This document shows positions 53,866 through 64,000 of a stretch of 64,000 nt of DNA, one piece after another. The notes beneath the pieces were generated by a model. The model was not told where the DNA came from. It saw nothing but the letters and a program-made list of their open reading frames with translations, and made no database searches. The DNA is from Chlorokybus atmophyticus. Lineage: Eukaryota; Plantae; Mesostigma and Chlorokybus algae. Both the position numbers and the translations under genes were made by a program. Each line of letters opens with the position of its first letter. The stretch's first letter is position 1. The stretch covers positions 9,379-73,378 of the forward strand of contig RHPI01003422.1 in NCBI GenBank assembly GCA_009103225.1, in the 5' to 3' direction.

Positions 53866-54690
53866 TTGCGCATGAGCGTATGTGCGCATGCAGTTTGAGT
53901 ACATATCGCATTTGAAGTGTACAACCCTCAAAAACCATATACTAACCGTGCATAACATCGTGCAATAATTGCATTGCATTGCAACGATTATGGACTATAT
54001 TATATCGCCATGTGATCCGTGCAATTAGCGTGCCTAAATTGTACAATAGCTATGTACGCTTGCTGTGTTAGCACTAGGGTTAATCGTCAGGCATTCTTGT
54101 TCGGTCATCCACTATTTTGTAGGCATGGCATATTGCTGAGTTATGAGGGGTTGAAGATGTCTTTGCGTGTTGTAGATCATCCGTTTAATACTTTATGAAA
54201 TGCCACGCGTACGTGTTCCCAAACCATTGTCCGTGAAACTATTCATATGTTTGGTGGATCAGATAATGATAAACACACTCTCTTGCATGAGCGTAGTCGT
54301 GCGCATGCATCTTGCATACATATTACATTGAAGTGCACAACCTCCATAGACCAAACACTATCCATGCATAGCACTGCATTGCAACGATCATATCCATTAT
54401 GGACTATATTACACAGTCAGGTGATTAGTGCAATGAGCAAGTCTCAAATGTACAACGTCTGTCGGATAGCTGTGTACGCTTGCTGTGCTAGCACTACTTT
54501 TGGTCATCATGCATTGTTGTTTGGCCATCCACTACATCGTAGATATGGCATTTTATGTGGGGTTGAAAACGTCTTTGCTGGTTGAGCACCAACTACTAAA
54601 ACAATTTGTGAGATGCCACACGTACGTGTTCAAAAACTATCCATGAAACCATCTATATGTTTGGTAGATGAGACATGAATAATTGCGGAC
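53866..54690 (+). repeat. Two diverged ~400-bp tandem units; 5' part homologous to the 3' flank of the giant gene
   Basis: Shared blocks gcatgagcgta..gtgcgcatgca..ttgaagtg.acaacc..ttatggactatatta..tgtacgcttgctgtg.tagcacta..atgccac.cgtacgtgttc..tatgtttggt.gat at ~53870 and ~54285. The first block also matches reverse complement of ~35880-35960. Confidence 0.8.
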
Positions 54691-57600
54691 TTCATTGTCA
54701 AATCCGCCCTAAGCATGACTTAGAGATACAAAACCTTCCAACATTAATAAATAGCTGTTTTATGTAAATCATATTGATCCAATTATGTTAAGTGGTATGC
54801 GACAATCAACTTACAATTGTAGTTAGCATTTATCCAACACCCATGTCAACGACAATAGTCCGATTGTCGAGCATGTTAAAGTTCAGCGTAAGCATCTGAA
54901 GAAAAAGTTGTAAACCTGGTAGTGAGCGCGCACAATTACATAATGACTCGTGCTGAAGAGCTGTGCCATCTATCTCTTTATCATGTTATATATTCAAACA
55001 CACACCTCAGCTGTAAATAGCTTTAATTGTGAAGTAATGGAAAACCATATGCGAACATGCGCGTAAGGGCGAGATGTCAGCTCCAACGATACCATGGAGT
55101 GAGAGTTGATGAAATGTTGAGATTGAGATAAATGTGGTTGTACGCCCTATATGATGGCGTTGAAGGCGGTGGTAATGATGGTGGTTGTGGACATGCTTAG
55201 CTATTCACTGACATCAAACTCAATTGCTGACATTCCCACCACTTATGCACCAAAAGTATCAGCACAAGTAAAGAACAAATGGGTGGCAATTGTCGCAATG
55301 CCAAACCGGCTTTTGAGACCATCAAGCCTGACATAGTTTATGTCCACAACAATTATCTACAAATATAGCGAACAGGAATTGCCACGGCGCCTTGCGACTC
55401 AAACCCTAACTCAGCTAGATATGAAAGCCTCACTTATGCTGCATCGCTACCATACTGTATAGTTTGTACATTCTCAGCAGGATCGCTCAGTTGCACATGT
55501 GCGCCTCCGCTTATGCTTGACGAGGTCGGCCTCGTTTTTTAGCGGCGGTAGCGAGCGACAAGCAGGCAAGTGTGGCTATGGGTTGGCTTGGTGAGCTCTA
55601 GCACCATCAGCACCTTTCGATTGGACTTCACTTCACACTACACCAATTGTTAATGGTAATGAGCTTGAAGATTGCCTCCCTCGCATGCTTAGAATAACAT
55701 GGAGAGTGACAAGCAATCTGCGGACTTGCTAGGAGCCTCCGCTCACTATTGGCGAGGGCAACTACCCTACCTACAAGCGGCGGTGGAGAGCGACAAACAA
55801 GCAGGCAGGTACACCTACACCCGCGCGGGTTGCTTTGCTGACGTGCGCTTTCATCCTGCCTTTCGTTAGAGCCCTGCAACCTACTAATTTGTGGTGGTTA
55901 TACTATTAGCACCGATTTGCCTGTTGCCCATGCTCACATGCAACTTTCAATGTCGTTGTGGATGCCGTGCTGATACCTAGGCCTTTATAGTACTTTTCAA
56001 CTGCATTTGCGTCTTCTTATACCCGTGCACGCAGTGTGAGCACTGCATGGCCTGTTCCTCACATGATTTGAGTTTACACAATGTAAACCCACCCTTCAGC
56101 CAAACCGTGTTCAACAGCGCACAGTGGCTCAGCTCTAATTGCTTGGCGTGGGCAGCTCGCCTCAGACAAGCGACGGTGGGGAGCAACAAGTTGGCACGTG
56201 TGCCGGTTGGGTTATATTCGCTCTACATCAGTGCATTGCAATGCTTAACTAACAATGACTTTTGATGTTGCATACGCGTGACGCATTCGCGCTGTTCATC
56301 ATTAATTGCCTCGCGCATACGCATACGCACATGCTGTAGTTCAAGGCTTTGCTAAAAGAACAGGGCCGCAAGTAATCGATCATAGCTTGCACTTTGTATC
56401 TTGGAGCTTGGAATTATTCCAACCCCGCGCTTTCAAAGCAAGCTTGAGGCAATATATATCTACGGTTGCCACGTTTAACGTGCAAACTTTACATTAAAGT
56501 AATTTTGGTGTAACAGGTCACATAAGCACATGTGTTCTTATGTGTGAATGTTGTTTGCAAACAAACGCGCACACATCATAAAACAACGATTCAATCTATG
56601 TAAAATGAAACAAAAGTCAACATCATGCTATAACTTTATTATTACTATTATTATAACTATATTTTTACATGGTAATCATATTTGCTTTCAGTGCCTACCT
56701 TATGGTAATACCATCTACACAAACAAAAGCTGTGCTGATACCCCGAAGCGTTAGGCCATTATTGCTGCATTAAAGTTAAAATGTAAATACTTTGCCGCTT
56801 ATATATACTATACATAGTTAGTAACCAATTGCAACGTTTTTTAATATGGTCATTGAATATTTTCGCATTGCAGCTTTAATCTTCTCTTTCAATACAATTA
56901 TATTGGATTGAAAATGTAAACACATGTGTCTCGAATTTCAATACCCGATTTGTGAAGGTTGTGTCATAGCGTGTTCCGCATCATGACCTTCTCTTGCCAT
57001 GTCGCGACATGGCTAATGACGCCGACAAAATGGTTACATACAGTATAAGCTGATTATCAACTTGGCGCTTGCTTAGAACCGTATTATGCGTATGGAATCA
57101 TGCCATTACATACTATAAGTAAATATTGCTCTCACTTAAGCGGAAAGAGGCGTCTCTTAAAGTTTAATCAGCATATAACATGTAAGGTTGCCATTTTTTC
57201 AATGTGTATTTTGGACCATAATGGTGTTAATAAGATCGTAATGTTGCATCATTTTGTTGGACTCCACACTGGGTAAAACACTGCTTATCGTTGCAATGCT
57301 GAAACGCTGCACGTGAGCAATCTAAGGTCAACACACGAACTATAGTTATATGCCAAGTAGATTTGAAGTGTTTGTCAAAGTTTGGAGACGGAGCAAAACA
57401 AGTTGCGCCGCGCTTCAATGGCATTAACATTGCAGATGACGGTGACATTACCATGAACGATAAGTGCGAACTGATGGCGGCAACGCGCATGCAAATGATC
57501 ATATTGTCAAGTCAGCAAAGTTAACATGAGTTTGCATGTTGTTGCTTATTTTTGGAATGGTGGAACAACATGCACACTCATAAGTAAAGTGTACAAGGCT

Positions 57601-60600
57601 TGCAAATCTATTTACGTTTATACTACAAACAGCTAGTAGCGGCGCACAAAGACCTATTGGGATTGAAAATTAAGACAGGAAGCACCATGTGGCAGGAGGA
57701 TGCTTCTTCATTGATAAACAACAGTCTTCATAACTGCACACCACGGTGTCACTTGCGCCATCATACATACAACTAGCCAGTCACATGTATGCGTAGTGTA
57801 ACACTTATCCACTACATTTTAAGTGCTAAAACGATGCAATACCGCCACATCTGCAAGTTCTACCCTTTGTCTGAAGCTATAGTACACCACAAGTACCATA
57901 CACATACTATGTGTAGTACAACAAGTATTGTACAAAGACATTAGACAACGTTATAGGCATAACTGAATGACCAACATTGCAAGTTACATGTACACCTTCA
58001 CATACCCAAGCACCTCTTTATAGCTGCAAAACCTTCCATAATTAAGTTCTCGTTGGCATATATCGCTCGCAAGTATGGCACATTACATAAAAACTTACAG
58101 GTGGCTTCAATCTCCTTACCAGTTGTTTCGGTAACGAAGGGACCAGAGTGTTCCGCATATTAAATGATTGCATCAGCCATGGACACAAATTGTTCAGGTG
58201 GCATGGAGAAGAGCAATGCTATAGTTTTGATGCGTGAAGGTGCAGTGTCTAGATGTGTTAGAATTGGCCGCGCCGAGGCACGGTGGTGGGGTCCTCCTGT
58301 GCTAGCCGTCGCTGCCAAAGACGCTACAACCAAGTTGAGGACTTAATTGCGGTGCCACTAGGCCAAGGCCCTTTGATGTTGCCAAATCGGACAACGCTCG
58401 GGGGCCTAATGACATCGCCATGCTGGCCTTTACGCCTTTTGTAACACTAGCCGTAAGACTGACCTTCAACTTCTTCTCAAGCTTTGCCATTACCTCGTTC
58501 AACCGTTCCTCAAGCCTCTTCTCCATCTCGTTGTTCGCCATGTCTGAGCGTGACCGTTAATCAATGGCAATGTGCCGCTTTTGAGCTTAATGATCAGGAG
58601 GCTTTCTGCCTCGACAATCTGCATAGCTGACTTGTTTGGCGGTAGATTGCTTGGGTCTATCTGTTCAAGCTCTAAGTAGCGGATCGCCTCAATATCAAAG
58701 GCATGTTTTAGAGTTTGTGCAACTGATCAATGCTTGTTGGGTTAAGGCTTTGCCACGCTTCCGCTTCCGCTTCCTAATCCTAATGTCAAATGGCACCAAG
58801 TTGTGCAGGCAAACCTCCTGTATACTCCCTGCATCCATCTGCAATTTGTCAACGCAAAAGTATTGGGCTAGTAGACAACCATCTATCCTTTTTAGAAAAG
58901 CGACCTTGGAATGCAATGTGCAGCTCATGCACTACGTGTCCATATGCCCGTGCCTTTAAACGTGAGGAATTGTGCACAGAAGGTGACAATGCAACCGCAA
59001 AAGTGATTGTTATGCAGGGCGCTGGCAATGATAGCAAGCAATACTTCAACCCACATACCTGCATCCGTGTCGCCTCGCCGCCGCTGGTAGAAGAGCGTGC
59101 ATAGCTGCGGAAGAAGAGCGGACACTGCGTGCACAGATGAATAACTCGTTGACAAACAAAGTGTTGTGTTCAAACCATAATTCAGCATGGGGGCATGAGT
59201 TGCCGCGGACTATTGACTTCCCGAGGCCCAAACTTCAATTGAGCAATGAATTGGTGCACATGGTTAAAGTATAGCAGGCTATGATAACACCATAAGCTCA
59301 AAGCTTACGATAAGATGTTTAAAACAAATCTGTACTTACGTAGACACATCACCACCACCTTTCAATTGGGATCAAATTGATTGCAAGTACAAGTGCATGG
59401 GTATGTGTAATCAGTTTTGCGCTAATGTTTCAACGGGTGCGCAACATGATGTGGTGAGGATATCAGCATATTACATTGAGCCCTTGAGTAGACCGATGTT
59501 GTATAGACATCATAATAAAGCAATAATCATACACATGATATGTATAAATTAATCATATATGCCTTCAATCATGTATAAACATTGTGGACATGATGTGGAT
59601 ACCCCTTCATTTTGATATATTTAAGAAAAATAATATGTAGAAACATACATAAATTGTAATTATGATTGTAATTATAATTATATACTTATCCATGTACCAC
59701 TCTACACTGTTGATACCACCACCACTTTTAGCATTATATTGAACATTAAATGTGCTTATTACAACCCGCTGAGTTCAAGTTTCACAAGGATTATTGAGCT
59801 TGCTAATTTCGCTACTTTACACGCTCGTGAAAAGAGCTCTAGCAACATTGTACAAAATTAGAGGTAAACGAATAGTTAAGCCATGGCCAAAGCTTATGTG
59901 ATTATTGGCAAATTATCAAGGCTTGTGCGTTTGTTACTGTAATTTATCTTACGTGTGTAGTTTGTGCTTGAAGGGTGCATGCATAGCATGACAATTGTTT
60001 AAGCACATCCGGCACGTTGAGACAATGATCATTTCAAGCATAACATAAGCACACACAGAATCTGTACCGCATCTCATTGAAGCATCTGGGCATGTTCATA
60101 AACACCAAGTCAACATGTGTGCACAGCAACATGACATATCATGGGACTTTTACGCACATACATTCATGTGCAATATACGCAAACATGCGTACATAATCAT
60201 CGGGTGTAGCAACCAATGCCACAAGATGAGCTTTGAATTTGGTGATATACTCATTCACTCACGTGCATCATACCATTGCCTATGCACATAGTATTGGAAT
60301 CTAGGATGAAACACTCTATGCCAAGCGCGAAAACAAAACACCCACAGCTTGCACGCTTACACTTAGTTTGAGCCAATCACTCATTGACGTTGATGTTAGT
60401 AGCCGTTGTACATACACCTTTGTAAGGTATTCTGTTTGTATTGTTTTATCCATTAACAAGTCTGGAACGTGAATGTGCTTGCCTTTAACAAGGTTTGCAC
60501 ACAAGTTGTGTCGCTAGGTTGATACAAGTAGCTATATACAATATCTTAAACTTGAAGTTGTACAATTAATGTTGTATCCTGCACTTGAAGTCAACAACCT

Positions 60601-61224
60601 TATATATCTGCCATTGTTTTTGTGTAATTGTTGCCATCATTCAACCAATTGTAGCCATGCCACAATTCACGACTGTTTGCAACAATTAACAAAATCCACA
60701 ACCTTTATGTAAAGGCTTGGCTACGACCAACGCAAGGCATAAGAAGTCTTCAGCCGTGCATGTCAACGGCAACTCACCAGCTATGGCTGAATGCTGAGCA
60801 AATTTGCTGCGTGTAGCAGTCTTGCGAAATCGGTTATGCAAGGAAATGCAAAAAAAGGCAGCGATCTCATACCGTGATCACTGTAACAGAACCCCTTATA
60901 GACTCCTAGGCTAAGCTTGCATACACGCTGACTTGCACTCCGCAACACTCAGCAGCAGTCAACAAGGGACTTCAAAATGCTGTCGTAGCTGAGTGCAACA
61001 TCCTGCAATAAGGCACACCTGCAGCTCCAAATGACTACAGTGATCAACATGCGATCTTGTGCTGTGCTTGAGAGAGTTATTGTCAAGCCATCACCATGTT
61101 ACTGACACAGCGCAGACGCAACATTCAAACAGCATGCGAAGCACACACAATATTAGCGACAATCGCTATCCATTACTGGCGTGCAAATACAACCGGTCAT
61201 GTTGTCCAAAGAAAAAGGTTTCCC

Positions 61225-62475
61225 TTATATCTGCGCTGACTCGGTGACGGGGAACTCGAAGACAACATCCTTGCCTGTGAGGCGCTTGTATACGCCTCCG
61301 AATGTCTCGAGCTTGTTCTCTGCGGAGGTGCGGTCCTTGGGGTCAAGGTAGACCTTCATGAGCTTTGAGCCGTCGAGCTTGTAGCGCCAGCGCCGGCCGA
61401 CAATCTCTGTTGGGTACACCAGGTCCTCCATCAGCGAATCATGCACGGCCGTCAGCGTACGCGAGCGCGGCCGCTGCGTGCGGGAGTTCTTGCGCGGAGG
61501 CTTCATAATGCGCCTGCTCGCAACCACAACAACATCCTGCGCAGCATGGGATGGCTGAGTTACACAATGCAAAACCAGATGTACACGAGACTACACAGTT
61601 GTAGAGCTATACAGGGAAAGCATTGGACTATGACACGTCAACTTGATGGCACAGTAAATCGCAAACATTAATGCACTGTTGCACACGTCAACGATGCATA
61701 GAGTCAACGCTGCATTGTTGGTCAAGCGTTTATGGCTGACGTGCTTGTGCGACAACCCTGCTCGCACACAGCATGAAGCCAGTAACAAAAACGATGCTGA
61801 CAGTGTCTGCATGAGCTATTCAAGTAGATGAGCTGCATACATGCTAACGCAAAGCACACAAGTCTGTTTGGAAGCACTTAGGGGACAGCATCACACTATG
61901 TTGCTGCTGACTGTCAGATGCATTCGACTGCAACTACAATGCCAATGCGACACATTTCGCACCTTGCCGGCAAACTTCTTCTCGAGCTCACGGACGAGCC
62001 TGGTCTGGAACTTCTTGAACTGCTTGTGAAGGCGGAAGGGCACCCAGACAACCACGCAGGTGCGGCTGCCGACTTGCACCTCCTTCGCAGCATTGATGAA
62101 CAGGTCCTTCAGGTCCGCCTTCAGCTCTGCATTTGTCTGCTCCAAATCGAAAAGTGCCTGCACACACAACGCAAATTCGCACACGACAGAGACACACATT
62201 CGGCAGAGTGGCATACATCAATGCGGCGCTATGGTAGCAGCTGGTGGAAGCAAGCACTGCTTCGCGGCTACAGCAGCAGGAAATGTCACAGGTGACTGTC
62301 GGTGATCATGAACGTATGATCGCGGGACGAAGATGAATGCGTCTGTGGCGACAATAATTATCATGACACCAAGCACATGGCCAAGCAGCAGCCTGACCTG
62401 CCCGACGGACTCCTCAAACTCGTCTGGCTCGGCTCCCTTCTCCTTGATGATCTTCTTCCGCCCCGTCAGCGACAT
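61225..62475 (-). CDS. RPS7: 40S ribosomal protein S7 (eS7)
   Basis: Exons 62475-62398, 62157-61963, 61536-61225. [81 protein letters not shown]. Confidence 0.97.
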
Positions 62476-62969
62476 GTTTGTGAATCAGGCGACGCCAAGG
62501 GACAATCGACCAGCCTCTCTCCTTGCCCTCCTCCTGGCCGTCCTCCTTTCCCCGCACCGCCGCCGCCGCCGCCCCTCACCGAGCGCGCGGCCAAAGAGAC
62601 CCAAACCCTAGCGGCGGCGCCAGTTTCACCCGAGACAGAAACATCGTGTACGCCGCTGCGCCATGAATTAGGGTTTGTTTCTGCGAGCAAGACCGCACGC
62701 TGTACGCCGCTGCCGTGAACAGAGCGAATGAGCAAGCAAGCGAATAAACGGCAATAAAATAAGTGTAACATTTTGGGCACGTCAACACAGCGGCGGCGAC
62801 CGGGGTGGCATTGCCGGGGTGGGAGGTTGAGGCCTGTGACTCTGGCCTGTGCGTCGTGGGTGCTTCGCCGATTGGTGCTTGTCGCCATCGTCGCCGCCGC
62901 TCTCGGAGGGGTGTTTGAGGGAGGGTTGAACCTTTTTGCTGCTCCCGCCGCCAACCGGCCACCTGCGCG

Positions 62970-63000
<31 letters not shown>

Positions 63001-63004
63001 CAGA
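62476..63004. promoter_or_regulatory. Short GC-rich bidirectional promoter region with two telo-boxes
   Basis: 530 nt between divergent ATGs. AAACCCTA at 62603-62610, TAGGGTTT at 62669-62676, repeated TGTACGCCGCTGC (~62647 and ~62701), (GGC)n tracts at both ends. Confidence 0.6.
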
Positions 63005-64000
63005 ATGTCTAACGACTTGCTGGTAAGTGACAGTCATGTCGCTCTGTTGTGTGCCCTGTCCATGCTTGTGTCTGCTTCTTGCCAGTTCTTTTACCTCGCC
63101 TGCTGCCCCCTTGCATTGCATTGTCAAGCAGCTGAGCTGCAGGCTTTTAGCGCCATTGGCCTGACCAGCACAGACCAATAGCAATGTACATGCATTGCAT
63201 GGCATGCATGCATTGACATGATTGACATAAGCAGCTAATGCACGCGAGCACGTTCTGTTACAGGTGTTTCACTTTTAGTCTCTACTACAAGTGCTCTTGT
63301 TTGCTTGCAACGCCCATGCCAACTGGAACGCACGTCATCTATTTACCCCTGCATTGCACATACAGATTTTGCATCAATCTGAAGTGCAACTGCTGTAGTT
63401 TCTTGGCTTGGCAACTTGACACACATGCAAGCAAGCTTACACCCTGTCATCCAGCACCATCGTTCACCACAACCACACATTAAGCTACTCACAAGTTACC
63501 TATGCTATCGCCCTCAGAACACGCTACCACATCACGCTACCCTCTTTGATCCTCATCATCTTTGTGTGTGTGACCATCAACAATGCAGGGCGGTGGCAGC
63601 GGTTATCAGGATGGCATTGGTCGTTTCAAGACGGTTGGCGAAGACGTTGAGGCCGGTCCGGGTGCTGAAGCTGTATCTGGTGTTGGCGCGAGCGGTGACG
63701 CGGCCATGCAGGGTTTCTTCGACGAGGTGTCGGCCATCAAGAACGAGATGGCGAGCATAAGACGACACCTGCACAAGCTGCAGGACGCAAACGAGGAGTC
63801 CAAAGCCGTCACGTCCGCGGCACGAATGAAAGGTGGGGAGTGTTGTGAGGTTAGTTTGTTGGTCTGGGTATGGTTAAAAGTTACAGGTTGGTTGTGTACT
63901 GTTTGACATGCGGGTGTGCTTTCTGTCTGTGTTCTTGTGCATGTGCATGTGCGTACTGATAACAACAACGACAACAACAGAGATAAGGGAGCGTATGGAG
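63005..64000 (+). CDS. Plasma-membrane Qa-SNARE syntaxin (SYP13-like), 3' end outside window
   Basis: Exons 63005-63022 (MSNDLL|gtaagt), 63589-63832 (..DVEAG..MQGFFDEVSAIKNEMASIRRHLHKLQDANEESKAVTSAARMK), 63981- (EIRERME). Confidence 0.88.

Noticed and set aside
58100-59240. Minus-strand fragments (coiled-coil MANNEMEKRLEERL.., GLGSGSGSV) suggesting a kinase or TE relic
   Set aside because: Too many stops and no diagnostic motif; fragment order is inconsistent with one gene.

Overview
Eukaryotic, intron-rich DNA (GT-AG introns, standard genetic code: GapA ends TAG, RPS7 ends TAA). It is most consistent with a green alga, possibly an early-diverging streptophyte (inference from plastid GapA, a SYP13-like syntaxin, an AHK1/CKI1-like kinase and telo-boxes). 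Housekeeping genes: plastid GAPDH-A, NOP58, an RsmE-type methyltransferase, RPS7 and a syntaxin. Other content: a membrane-bound Cache-type hybrid histidine kinase; an unknown secretory/type-II membrane protein with a decayed inverted copy about 15 kb away; a young Ty3/gypsy LTR retrotransposon with TSD and PBS whose integrase has been deleted; and a ubiquitin-domain pseudogene. The standout feature is a ~12 kb, ~30-exon gene (36145-48360, minus). It encodes a very large secreted protein with a bacterial-type architecture (N,N-dimethylformamidase large-subunit-like domain, Ig-like domains, a deacetylase-like domain, two ConA-like domains) fused to algal Ser-Pro extensin-like linkers, and it also has a decayed inverted partial paralog. 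Exon boundaries were read by eye, so internal coordinates are approximate. Family assignments come from remembered motifs, not database searches.
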